Positions 18,587 to 27,932 of a stretch of DNA of 64,000 bases are shown here, one piece after another. The notes below the pieces were generated by a model, which saw nothing but the letters and a program-made list of their open reading frames with translations, made no database searches and was not told the origin of the DNA. Both the position numbers and the translations under genes were made by a program. Each line of letters starts with the position of its first letter. Position 1 is the first letter of the stretch. This DNA comes from a virus, in IMG/VR virus record IMGVR_UViG_3300025137_000016; one strand, 5' to 3'.

Positions 18587-19021
18587 ATGAACGCACATAT
18601 AAACATGTGGTCACAACTAAGACCATTTTCAGTCGGCTTTGATAGTCTATTCGATCGTCTAGATCACGTCAATGCCATTCACAAACAAGAAAGCTACCCA
18701 CCATATAACATAGTAAAGATTTCGGAAGAGAAATTTGCTATTCAAATGGCTGTAGCTGGATTTTCTAAAAAACATATTGCAGTTGAACATCAGGAAAATA
18801 TTCTGACAGTTAAGTCAGTTCCATATACAGCTGATGAACTTGCTGCAGTTGAAGAAGATTATGTACATAAAGGAATCTCTAAGAGAAACTTTACTCGTAC
18901 ATTTACTATTGCCGATGATGTAATTATCAAAGGTGCTACTATGGAAGACGGAATGCTTTCAATTGAACTTGAAAGAGTAATTCCTGAAGAGAAAAAACTT
19001 AAAGTCATAGACATTAAGTAA
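18587..19021 (+). CDS. Small heat shock protein (Hsp20/IbpA-like)
   Basis: YPPYNI, AVAGF, YVHKGISKRNF.RTF, DGML.I.L. Confidence 0.95.
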   Translation: MNAHINMWSQLRPFSVGFDSLFDRLDHVNAIHKQESYPPYNIVKISEEKFAIQMAVAGFSKKHIAVEHQENILTVKSVPYTADELAAVEEDYVHKGISKRNFTRTFTIADDVIIKGATMEDGMLSIELERVIPEEKKLKVIDIK

Positions 19022-19031
19022 TTAACAACAG

Positions 19032-19060
19032 CTCCCCTCTTCGGAGGGGAGTCACTTTTT
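19032..19060 (+). terminator. Rho-independent terminator with cUUCGg tetraloop
   Basis: CTCCCCTC-TTCG-GAGGGGAG then TCACTTTTT. Confidence 0.85.
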
Positions 19061-19063
19061 AAA

Positions 19064-19393
19064 ATGGAGAATATTATGAGTGACAAAGATATATCATTAT
19101 TTATGATGACAAGTGGAGAAATTATCGTAGCAGAAGTGCTAGATGCTACTGCCACAACATATACCACTAAGATGCCAAGCATGCTAGTGACAGATCCTGG
19201 AAGTGATCCTGCAAAACAACAAGTTGGTCTTGCACCATATTGTCCTTATGCAGATCCTGACAATGCGATTGACTTTTTTAGAACAGCAATACAATCTATT
19301 GTAGTTCCTACCAAACAACTTAAAGAAGAGTATGAAAGAATCTGGGGCAATCCAAGTTCTTTGGTTCTACCAGAAAAGAAACTAATAGTATAA
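19064..19393 (+). CDS. Hypothetical protein (Sm-like, conserved upstream of gp43)
   Basis: TSGEII.AE, L.PY.PY, C-terminal LVLPEKKLIV. Confidence 0.65.
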   Translation: MENIMSDKDISLFMMTSGEIIVAEVLDATATTYTTKMPSMLVTDPGSDPAKQQVGLAPYCPYADPDNAIDFFRTAIQSIVVPTKQLKEEYERIWGNPSSLVLPEKKLIV

Positions 19394-19398
19394 ATTAT

Positions 19399-19427
19399 TT
19401 TACTTTTAAGTTTATTAAGGGTAGAAT
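19399..19427 (+). promoter_or_regulatory. Class B promoter for gp43
   Basis: TTTACT-17-TAGAAT, ATG 7 nt downstream. Confidence 0.78.
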
Positions 19428-19433
19428 GATTAT

Positions 19434-21917
19434 ATGAAGTTTTATACTAATGTACATCCTCATGGCAATCAATTACTAGTCCGATATGTTTCGGGTGGTA
19501 AAAGACGTGCTGAAAAGATACCTTTCAAGCCTAGTGTCTGGGTGACACGAGGGAAAGGCGAAACACCATACAAAACTCTCAAAGGGCATCCTGCCTATAA
19601 AGTCCAACAAGCCAGCATTAAAGACGCAAAAAACTTTGTACAGTCTTATGGCGATGTTATGGATGTTCATGGTCAAACTACATGGCATTATCAATATATG
19701 CATGACGAGTTTGATAAAGATATTGATTGGGACAAAGATCTAATTAAGATCTGGTCTATTGATATTGAAACTGAAGCTGAAGAGGGTTTCCCTAATATTG
19801 AAAGAGCAAATGAGAAACTTCTTTTAATTACCTTACAAGATAATCATACTAAAGAAACTGTCACTTTTGGCACCAAGCCATATACTGGCGATGCTACTCA
19901 ACATACTGATTGGCGATATGTATATTGTAGTGATGAGAAAGTTCTCTTTAATAAATTTCTAGATTACTGGATTGAAAACTATCCTGATGTTATTACTGGA
20001 TGGAACTCTCAGTTCTTTGACCTTGCTTATTTATGGAGAAGAATGTGTCACATAATTGGTGAAGACCATGCTCGTAGATTATCTCCCTGGAAAATAGTAC
20101 ATGAAAGGGAAATATTTGTAAAAGGTAATAAACAGTTCGCCATTGCTATCGCAGGTGTTGCTCAGCTAGATTATCTAGACCTCTACAAAAAATATACTTA
20201 TACTGCCCAGGAATCTTATCGTTTAGATAATATCGCATTCGTTGAACTTAATTCTAAGAAATTAGATCACAGTGAATATTCTACATTCTCTGACTTCTAT
20301 AAGATGGACTGGAATAAGTTTGTTGATTATAACATTCATGATGTTAGATTAGTTGATATGCTAGAAGATAAAATGAAACTGATTGAACTTCAGTTGACTA
20401 TGGCATATAATGCTAAGATTAATTATGATGATGTATTCTCGCAAGTTCGTATGTGGGATATGATTGTTCACAATTATCTAATGAAAGTAAATGTGGTCAT
20501 ACCACCCAAGTCCAGCCAAAATAAATCTACTAAGTTTGAAGGAGCATTCGTAAAAGATCCAATTGTAGGATTACATAAATGGGTGGCTTCCTTTGACTTA
20601 AACTCACTATATCCGCATTTAATTATGCAGTATAATATTTCCCCTGAAACATTACAACAAGAATCAGTTGAAAAGGGTGTCGAGCATTATCTTAAAAATC
20701 CTGCTGGAGAATCTGATTTTGCTGTTGCTGCAAATGGTTCGCAATATAGAAAAGACTTTAGAGGTGTGTTCCCATCTATTATGGAAGACTTCTATAATCA
20801 AAGAAAGATTGCTAAAAAAGAAATGCTTCAAGCACAGCAATTATATGAAAACGAAAATGATCCTAGACAATTAAAAGTTATCTCAAGTAAAAATAATTAT
20901 CAGATGGGAATGAAGATTGCTCTTAACTCTGCTTATGGTGCACTCGGCAATCAATACTTTAGATACTTTGATATTAAGATGGCTGAAGCTATTACTACTT
21001 CTGGGCAATTATCTATTCGTTGGATTCATGATAGAATGAATGAATATCTAAACAAGATAATTGGTACAAAAGATGAAGACTATATTATTGCTGTTGATAC
21101 AGATTCTATCTATGTGACCTTTGAGAAACTTGTTGATAAAGTTATGGGAGATAAACAAACTGACATAAATAAAACTATTAAGTTCTTAGATACAATATGT
21201 AATGAAAAATTCATGCCATATATAAATGAGCAATATGCTATTCTTGCTAAAAGACAAAATGCTTTTGCAAACAAGATGGTAATGGAAAGAGAAGTTCTAG
21301 CCGATAAAGGTTTATGGACTGCTAAGAAAAGATATGTTCTTTCAGTATATAACTCTGAAGGAGTATCTTATAAAAAACCTAAGATGAAGATTATGGGTTT
21401 AGAGATGATTAAATCTTCTACTCCTCATGCTGTTCGTGAATTATTAAAAGAGGTAATACCAACTGTTCTTCGTGGAACTCAATCTGAATTGTATGAGTTT
21501 ATCGAGAAAGCTAGAACTCATTTTAATTCACTTCCTGTTGAAGAGATTGCTTTTCCTAGATCGGTAAATGGTCTGAGCAACTATTATGATTCCTCTCAAA
21601 TATATCGCAAGGCAACTCCTATTCATGTTAGAGGTGCTTTACTTTATAATCATTATTTAAAAGAGAAGAATCTAAATCTTAGATATAATACTATTAAAGA
21701 GGGTGAAAAGATAAGATTCGTATATCTTAAAAAGCCCAATACAATGAGGGAAAATGTTATTTCCTTCCTGGATGAGATTCCTAAGGAATTTGATATCCAT
21801 AAATATGCTGACTATGACTTGATGTTTGAAAAGGTGTTTCTAGATCCTCTTGAAATACTAGTAAATTCGCTCAAATGGAAGGTCAAGGACACAGCTTCTT
21901 TAGAGGATTTCTTTTAG
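19434..21917 (+). CDS. gp43: Family B DNA polymerase gp43
   Basis: DIET exonuclease, SFDLNSLYP, KIALNSAYG, DTDS; uninterrupted. Confidence 0.97.
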   Translation: MKFYTNVHPHGNQLLVRYVSGGKRRAEKIPFKPSVWVTRGKGETPYKTLKGHPAYKVQQASIKDAKNFVQSYGDVMDVHGQTTWHYQYMHDEFDKDIDWDKDLIKIWSIDIETEAEEGFPNIERANEKLLLITLQDNHTKETVTFGTKPYTGDATQHTDWRYVYCSDEKVLFNKFLDYWIENYPDVITGWNSQFFDLAYLWRRMCHIIGEDHARRLSPWKIVHEREIFVKGNKQFAIAIAGVAQLDYLDLYKKYTYTAQESYRLDNIAFVELNSKKLDHSEYSTFSDFYKMDWNKFVDYNIHDVRLVDMLEDKMKLIELQLTMAYNAKINYDDVFSQVRMWDMIVHNYLMKVNVVIPPKSSQNKSTKFEGAFVKDPIVGLHKWVASFDLNSLYPHLIMQYNISPETLQQESVEKGVEHYLKNPAGESDFAVAANGSQYRKDFRGVFPSIMEDFYNQRKIAKKEMLQAQQLYENENDPRQLKVISSKNNYQMGMKIALNSAYGALGNQYFRYFDIKMAEAITTSGQLSIRWIHDRMNEYLNKIIGTKDEDYIIAVDTDSIYVTFEKLVDKVMGDKQTDINKTIKFLDTICNEKFMPYINEQYAILAKRQNAFANKMVMEREVLADKGLWTAKKRYVLSVYNSEGVSYKKPKMKIMGLEMIKSSTPHAVRELLKEVIPTVLRGTQSELYEFIEKARTHFNSLPVEEIAFPRSVNGLSNYYDSSQIYRKATPIHVRGALLYNHYLKEKNLNLRYNTIKEGEKIRFVYLKKPNTMRENVISFLDEIPKEFDIHKYADYDLMFEKVFLDPLEILVNSLKWKVKDTASLEDFF

Positions 21918-21937
21918 AAACAATGACTTACTGGTAT

Positions 21938-21966
21938 TTTACTTTTAAGTTTTTATCAGGTAATAT
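21938..21966 (+). promoter_or_regulatory. Class B promoter
   Basis: TTTACT-17-TAATAT. Confidence 0.7.
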
Positions 21967-21973
21967 TATGATA

Positions 21974-22264
21974 ATGAAAAAAGTAATTGGATTAATGATA
22001 ATAATGGGATTGACTATGTCACCCTCTGCTTACTCCGCACCGATAACAAAGGTGTATGGACCAAACTGTACAACTGAGACAACCTCAATTGTTAGGAATG
22101 GTATCATAATCAGTTCTATAGAAACTAGGACTTGTAAGGAAGAAGTACAGAATGGTCGTCAGAAGTTTGACCACAAGGCAAACTCAACAGATGCTTTAAT
22201 ATATGAAGCTGCACAACTGATGATGTATTCTGTTTTCGTTAAGGTCATTACAGAAATGAACTAG
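21974..22264 (+). CDS. Secreted hypothetical protein
   Basis: MKK + hydrophobic + AYS signal peptide; start reassigned downstream of promoter. Confidence 0.6.
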   Translation: MKKVIGLMIIMGLTMSPSAYSAPITKVYGPNCTTETTSIVRNGIIISSIETRTCKEEVQNGRQKFDHKANSTDALIYEAAQLMMYSVFVKVITEMN

Positions 22265-22277
22265 GAGAAGTTATATT

Positions 22278-22397
22278 ATGAAATATGTTATAGGAATTGG
22301 TATCGGGATAGGGGTTGCTTACTTTTATCCAAGTATCGGATCGACTATTATTGAAACTGTGAAGGAGGTTTATTATGTCATCAATTCAAAATTTTAA
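22278..22397 (+). CDS. Small membrane peptide (39 aa)
   Basis: AGGAG SD; MKYVIGIGIGIGVAYFYP. Confidence 0.5.
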   Translation: MKYVIGIGIGIGVAYFYPSIGSTIIETVKEVYYVINSKF

Positions 22398-22941
22398 AAC
22401 TATAATCTTGGTAGGAATGCTCGCTGTATTTGTGAGTGCGTGTTCGACTACTAAGATAACCCAAGAAGCCAATAAAGATGGTGTTCTAAATAAAGTGCCG
22501 ACTTGGTACTTAGATCACGATGTTGAAAAAGGTATTATTAGAAACAGGGATGCTAACGACTTTATATATGGTGTTGGTGCTTCTGTATCTTATGATTTAC
22601 AGTTTGCTCTAGACAAAGCGACTACTATCGCCAAGTCTGATTTAGCTGACCAAGTAAATGGTAGAATCACTCAAAATGAATCTATATATAAAGAAGAGGG
22701 TCGTGGTGAAGGAGAGGATCTAATGATTGAAAGATCTACTTCTCAAACAAATAATATTATTTCACCAACATCCCTTCCAGGATATGAAGAGTGGAATAAA
22801 GATGTATTCATTACAGCCGATGGTTTGTATAGAGTATATGTTGGATTAAAATGGTCTGAAGAAAATAACAAACTTGCACCAAACATTCAAATGGCACCAT
22901 TGGAGCCAGTGATTGTTAATCCAGCAAACGATGAAGTTTAA
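22375..22941 (+). CDS. Lipoprotein (LPP20-like)
   Basis: Lipobox VSAC, P.WY, A..KA...AK..LA motif. Confidence 0.7.
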   Translation: MSSIQNFKTIILVGMLAVFVSACSTTKITQEANKDGVLNKVPTWYLDHDVEKGIIRNRDANDFIYGVGASVSYDLQFALDKATTIAKSDLADQVNGRITQNESIYKEEGRGEGEDLMIERSTSQTNNIISPTSLPGYEEWNKDVFITADGLYRVYVGLKWSEENNKLAPNIQMAPLEPVIVNPANDEV

Positions 22942-22959
22942 TTTAAAAGGAGATAATAT

Positions 22960-24018
22960 ATGGTTGGTTATTTAAACGATCTTATAGATAATCTTGATAA
23001 TGAGTACGCAGGTCTTGCGGAAAATGCTTTGGACTCTGATGTCAGTTTCGTTGACACAGGGTCTTATGTATTTAATGCTCTATTGAGTGGATCTATATTT
23101 GGTGGACTACCAGCAAACAAGGTGACTGCCTTGGCTGGTGAAAGTTCTACAGGAAAAACATTTTTTGCTCTGGGGATTGCTAAAAACTTTCTAGACCTAG
23201 ACCCAGAAGCAGGTGTAATATATTTTGAAACAGAGGGTGCACTTACTAAGCAAATCCTCGAAGATAGAGATATTGATACCAACAGGTTCGTAATGGTTCC
23301 TGTGACAACTATTCAAGAGTTCCGTACTCAAGCTGTGCGAATACTTGATAACCATAAAAGTGTGCCTGAAGCAGCACGGAAACCAATCCTATTTGTTTTA
23401 GATTCATTGGGTATGCTCTCAACCACCAAAGAAGTAGCAGATGTGGCAGAGGGTAAAGATACTCGTGATATGACGAGAGCACAACTAGTAAGAGGTGCTT
23501 TCAGAGTATTGAGTCTAAAACTCGCACAGCTTGATGTACCAATGATTGTCACTAATCATACTTTTGATGTTATTGGTTCTTACATGCCTATGAAGGACAT
23601 GGGTGGTGGAGGTGGCTTAAAGTATGCTGCATCTACAATTATATTTTTGGGTAAATCTAAAGATAGAGATGGTACTGATATTGTTGGAAACATTATTAAA
23701 TGTACTACACAAAAATCTAGATTTACTAAGGAGAACTCTAAAGTTGAGTGTAAACTAAATTTCGAAAAAGGACTTTCACGTTATCATGGTCTGACAGAAC
23801 TTGCTGTTGAAGCAGGTATCTGGGAATCGGCTGGTGGTAGGATTACTGTAGATGGTAAAAAACTGTTCGGTAAACATATCGCCAACGATCCTGAGAAATA
23901 CTTTACTGAGGATGTTCTTAAATCAATTGATGCCCATACCAAGAAGAAGTTTATGTATGGTGGCTCAAGTCTAGAAGAGATTGTACCAGAAGATGTCGAA
24001 GATAATACAGGGAAATAA
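22960..24018 (+). CDS. uvsX: RecA-like recombinase UvsX
   Basis: DTGSY.FNALLSGS, AGESSTGKT, DSLGML, MGGGGGLKYAAS. Confidence 0.95.
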   Translation: MVGYLNDLIDNLDNEYAGLAENALDSDVSFVDTGSYVFNALLSGSIFGGLPANKVTALAGESSTGKTFFALGIAKNFLDLDPEAGVIYFETEGALTKQILEDRDIDTNRFVMVPVTTIQEFRTQAVRILDNHKSVPEAARKPILFVLDSLGMLSTTKEVADVAEGKDTRDMTRAQLVRGAFRVLSLKLAQLDVPMIVTNHTFDVIGSYMPMKDMGGGGGLKYAASTIIFLGKSKDRDGTDIVGNIIKCTTQKSRFTKENSKVECKLNFEKGLSRYHGLTELAVEAGIWESAGGRITVDGKKLFGKHIANDPEKYFTEDVLKSIDAHTKKKFMYGGSSLEEIVPEDVEDNTGK

Positions 24019-24469
24019 TCCCAAGGAGTATGAACCAATCCATAGTGCTGACGACTATGTTTCAGAAGAAGATTATCTGAAAGCCAAAGAGGATTGGGAA
24101 AAAGAAAATTATCATACTGATAAATTGAGAGACTCTGCTCAAGCCCAAATACCACATGAAGTTTTAGAAGAAACTAATGAAGCTGGGTTTATGAAGCTAA
24201 GAGTGACACAAGGTTTATTAGAGGATAAGATTGTTTCTTTTGGCAAGGTATCTTTTAAGACAACTGAGGATAGCACTATTAAACTAGACTATACTTATGA
24301 GATAGAGGGTAAAGATAAATTTCGTACAGTACCTAAAGTTGAAGTTGAAAAGATGCTCGGTGATTTCTTAATGGCTATGATTAAAGAACAACTTAATGAA
24401 AAGCAACTTCTATTTAGAGGTGGCGAAGATGAGATGAAGGATGTACTAAAAGATGAGCCAGAATCTTAA
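23993..24469 (+). CDS. Hypothetical protein (gp40-like position)
   Basis: Between uvsX and gp41 as T4 gp40; FGKV.F...LDY motif. Confidence 0.5.
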   Translation: MSKIIQGNNPKEYEPIHSADDYVSEEDYLKAKEDWEKENYHTDKLRDSAQAQIPHEVLEETNEAGFMKLRVTQGLLEDKIVSFGKVSFKTTEDSTIKLDYTYEIEGKDKFRTVPKVEVEKMLGDFLMAMIKEQLNEKQLLFRGGEDEMKDVLKDEPES

Positions 24470-24470
24470 T

Positions 24471-24499
24471 TTGACTTTTAACTTTTTTTCAGATAGAAT
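24471..24499 (+). promoter_or_regulatory. Class B promoter for gp41 and downstream modification genes
   Basis: TTGACT-17-TAGAAT. Confidence 0.78.
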
Positions 24500-24506
24500 A
24501 TAAATT

Positions 24507-25901
24507 ATGCGTATTGAAGAAACTATATTAAATAATCTATTACATAATGATGAATACTCACGCAAGGTGACACCATTCATCAAACCTGAATATTTTGAAG
24601 AACGCAATGAGAAGATTATGTTTGAAGAATATACTAAGTTATTCCTACAATATAATAATGTTCCTAATGCTGAAATGATTGCTAATGAAGTCTTCAATCG
24701 TAAAGACTTATATGATAATGATCATAAACTAATTCAGGATGCCATTCTTAAGATGAAAGAGCCAAATGATGTAAATGAAAACTGGCTCTATGATAAAACT
24801 GAAGATTGGTGTAAAGAACGAGCAGTATATAATACTGTAATGGATGCTATCAAAATTATTGATGGTCGTGATAAACAACATACCAAAGATGCTATTCCTA
24901 AAATGATGCAAGATGCTTTGGGTGTTTGCTTTGATACTTCTGTTGGTCATGATTATCTAGAAGACTCCGACTCTCGTTATGAGTTCTATCATAAAGTTGA
25001 AGAGAAAATTAAATTTGATATTGAATTATTGAATACTATTACCAGAGGTGGCTTGAGTAAAAAGACTCTTAATATTGCTATGGCTGGTACAGGTGTTGGT
25101 AAATCATTATTTATGTGTCATCATGCTGCATCAGTTTTGGGTGCTGGTATGAATGTTCTTTATATTACTATGGAGATGGCTGAAGAAAAAATCTCTGAAA
25201 GGATTGATGCTAACTTATTGAACTTGGGTATGAATGAAATTAAAGTCGTTGACCATGACATATTCAGTAAAAGAATTAATAAGATTAAAGATTCTAGTAA
25301 AGGTAAATTGATTGTAAAAGAATATCCTACAGGCTCTGCTCACTCTGGTCACTTCAGAGCATTACTTGAAGAACTTAAAATGAAAAAAGGTTTCAAGCCA
25401 GATATTATCTTTATTGATTATCTTAATATCTGTGCTTCACAAAGATTAAAGATGGGATCTAATGTAAACACTTATTCTTACATTAAATCTATTGCCGAAG
25501 AACTTAGAGGACTGGCAGTTGAATATAATTGTCCTCTCGTATCAGCTACCCAAACGACAAGAGGTGGCTTTAATAACACTGATGTTGGTCTAGAAGATAC
25601 TTCTGAATCTTTTGGTTTACCAGCGACTGCTGATTTAATGTTCGCGATTATTGCTAGTGAAGAACTAGACAATATGGGACAGTGGATGATTAAGCAACTG
25701 AAGAATAGATATTCAGATCCTAATTATTACAAGCGATTCGTAGTTGGTGTTGATAAGAATAAAATGCGATTATATGATGTAGAAGCATCTGCTCAATCAA
25801 ACATAATGGGATCAGGTCAAGAAAAAAAAGAAGATGATATCGCTGTGTTTGATAAGTCCGATGCTGGACAGCGATTAAATATGGAAGGATTTAAATTATG
25901 A
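24507..25901 (+). CDS. gp41: Replicative helicase gp41 (DnaB-like)
   Basis: AGTGVGKS, IDYLNIC, SATQTTR, SESFGLPATAD, QLKNRY. Confidence 0.96.
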   Translation: MRIEETILNNLLHNDEYSRKVTPFIKPEYFEERNEKIMFEEYTKLFLQYNNVPNAEMIANEVFNRKDLYDNDHKLIQDAILKMKEPNDVNENWLYDKTEDWCKERAVYNTVMDAIKIIDGRDKQHTKDAIPKMMQDALGVCFDTSVGHDYLEDSDSRYEFYHKVEEKIKFDIELLNTITRGGLSKKTLNIAMAGTGVGKSLFMCHHAASVLGAGMNVLYITMEMAEEKISERIDANLLNLGMNEIKVVDHDIFSKRINKIKDSSKGKLIVKEYPTGSAHSGHFRALLEELKMKKGFKPDIIFIDYLNICASQRLKMGSNVNTYSYIKSIAEELRGLAVEYNCPLVSATQTTRGGFNNTDVGLEDTSESFGLPATADLMFAIIASEELDNMGQWMIKQLKNRYSDPNYYKRFVVGVDKNKMRLYDVEASAQSNIMGSGQEKKEDDIAVFDKSDAGQRLNMEGFKL

Positions 25902-27199
25902 CAAAAGTGATAACAGCACCAAAGAAGTTTGAATGCGAAGATAAGCTAGGATTATTTGGTGATGAAAATGATTATGAATTATTATGTGATTGGGATTGCG
26001 ACTTTTATGCTCCCACTCCTATGGGTGAAGAAAACTCTGAAGCCAATATTATATTTAAGTTTAGAAAAAACTGGTTTACTCAAGACCAACAAGATAAAGC
26101 ATATAATGGTTTGCGTGAAGCAGCAGGTGCCACTGAGAATCGTGGACTCGCAGCAGGTAGTGAAAAAACAGTTGCTCTAGGAACTAGGGATTGGGTCACT
26201 AACTATCACAACGCATTAATACAATATTTTATGTCACCCTCAGCTACTCTTGATGGCTCGGATCCTGTTGAAGCAATTCAACTAGAGTATAAAGGTCGTG
26301 AGAAGATTGCTGATGACAGTCGTGGTAAAGTGTGGCTCGCACAAAAAGTAGCAGAAGAAGATTTCGTATTTGATAATTGGGTTGAAGAAATAAGAGGATT
26401 GCCTAGAGAGGAAATGGTTAAAGAAGCAACTAGAGTAAATGATAAATTGACCTCTACAACTTCTTATGCTAATTCAGTGTTCTCAGGTATCGCAGGATTC
26501 TTTGATAGATACCCTCGTATTCCTTTTGGTCGTCCTACAACTTTCACTAGAGATAATCCTGAGAAGTTTGAACAAGGATTCCCTTTCTTACAACAATTAT
26601 CTAAAGGTTTTGGTGAACTATTGCCAGTCAGGTATGGTAAACAACAGGAAGCATGTAATAAACTAGATAATAAATTTATTATTCCTGGAACTGTTTTCAC
26701 TACTGCTACTGTTAATAAAACATTTAGAACAGCATACCATCGAGACATGGGAGATCTAAATGAAGGATTCTCTAATCTTACAGTCGTATCAAATAATGGT
26801 AAATATTCTGGTGGGTACTTAATACTTCCTGAATATAAAGTTGCTATTAATATTCGTCCAGGAGATTTATTATTAATTAATAATCATGATGGAATACATG
26901 GTAATACACCAATGGTTATGGAAGATGAAAGTGCTGAAAGAATATCTTTCGTATGTTATTTCAGAGAGAAGATGTTAGAACTAGGAAGCTGGGATTATGA
27001 ACGAGCTCGTGAAGATTATGTTATTAATCGTAGAACTAATAAAGAACACGTCTTACAAAGACCATTATGGAATGGTATTAGTCCTGGGATGTGGGATGAG
27101 AAAGAATGGTATGACTTTCTTGAAGATAAACTAGGGAAAGATATTGTATCTAAGTACCACCCTGACAGTGAAGCTAGTTCTCTAGCAGACTTTTTTTAG
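25898..27199 (+). CDS. TET/JBP-family 2OG-Fe(II) dioxygenase
   Basis: FTT.TVN..FRTAYHRD.GD (HxD), GGYL.LPEY, GDLLL...H...HGNT, RIS.VCY.RE. Confidence 0.85.
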   Translation: MTKVITAPKKFECEDKLGLFGDENDYELLCDWDCDFYAPTPMGEENSEANIIFKFRKNWFTQDQQDKAYNGLREAAGATENRGLAAGSEKTVALGTRDWVTNYHNALIQYFMSPSATLDGSDPVEAIQLEYKGREKIADDSRGKVWLAQKVAEEDFVFDNWVEEIRGLPREEMVKEATRVNDKLTSTTSYANSVFSGIAGFFDRYPRIPFGRPTTFTRDNPEKFEQGFPFLQQLSKGFGELLPVRYGKQQEACNKLDNKFIIPGTVFTTATVNKTFRTAYHRDMGDLNEGFSNLTVVSNNGKYSGGYLILPEYKVAINIRPGDLLLINNHDGIHGNTPMVMEDESAERISFVCYFREKMLELGSWDYERAREDYVINRRTNKEHVLQRPLWNGISPGMWDEKEWYDFLEDKLGKDIVSKYHPDSEASSLADFF

Positions 27200-27200
27200 T

Positions 27201-27932
27201 ATGAATTATAAAATATTTAAAGACACCTATGTTCGTGAAGTAGATGGCAAAGCTCTAGGAGTTGATAAGGATATGGTGAACCAATGCCTATCTAATTATT
27301 CAAAGTTTGATAATCTTGATGGTGCCATAGTTATGGACTGGGGTATGAATATTGGTGCGTTTGGAAGAATGCTACTTGATACAAATATAAAACAATATAT
27401 TGGTGTAGAATGTCATCCTGAAAATTTTGAAGTATGTGAAAAGAATCTAGGGCATGATGAAAGATTTTGTTTAATTAATGCTGCAGTCACTACTCAAGAT
27501 ATTCCTGAGATAACTTTATATCTAACAGGAAGTAAACAAGAATTTTGTTCAGGCACTACTAATCCAAAAAGTAATGCTGCAAAGAACATGAGAAAAAACC
27601 AAGTCAAAGTTCCAACAGTACAAGCACAACAATTATTTGATATTTACCAACCAACACATTTAAAGTGTGATGTTGAAGGCGAAGAATATCGTATCTTTGA
27701 ACCAGATTGGTTTATTCCTGAAAGTATCAAACAGATGTCTTTAGAGTTTCACTGGTCAGATAGAATACTATCAGATTATGAAAGCAATCAACGAGCTAAA
27801 TTTATTGAGCAAGGTTTCACACCTTTACAAGAACAATTAAATTTAGTCCCAGGAGATAAGCAAGTAATGTTCTTGGGTGAAGAAGTTAAATACAGAAACA
27901 TATGGGGTATGGATACTCTATATAAACGATGA
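27201..27932 (+). CDS. FkbM-family SAM-dependent methyltransferase
   Basis: DWGMNIGAF motif I, E.HPENF, NAAV, LKCDVEGEEY, EFH. Confidence 0.85.
   Translation: MNYKIFKDTYVREVDGKALGVDKDMVNQCLSNYSKFDNLDGAIVMDWGMNIGAFGRMLLDTNIKQYIGVECHPENFEVCEKNLGHDERFCLINAAVTTQDIPEITLYLTGSKQEFCSGTTNPKSNAAKNMRKNQVKVPTVQAQQLFDIYQPTHLKCDVEGEEYRIFEPDWFIPESIKQMSLEFHWSDRILSDYESNQRAKFIEQGFTPLQEQLNLVPGDKQVMFLGEEVKYRNIWGMDTLYKR

Noticed and set aside
25898-27932. 5mC-oxidation pathway with the adjacent methyltransferase as a C5 DNA methylase
   Set aside because: The methyltransferase has FkbM motifs and lacks the PC/ENV motifs of C5-MTases. A 5mC substrate cannot be excluded if a C5-MTase lies outside the window.
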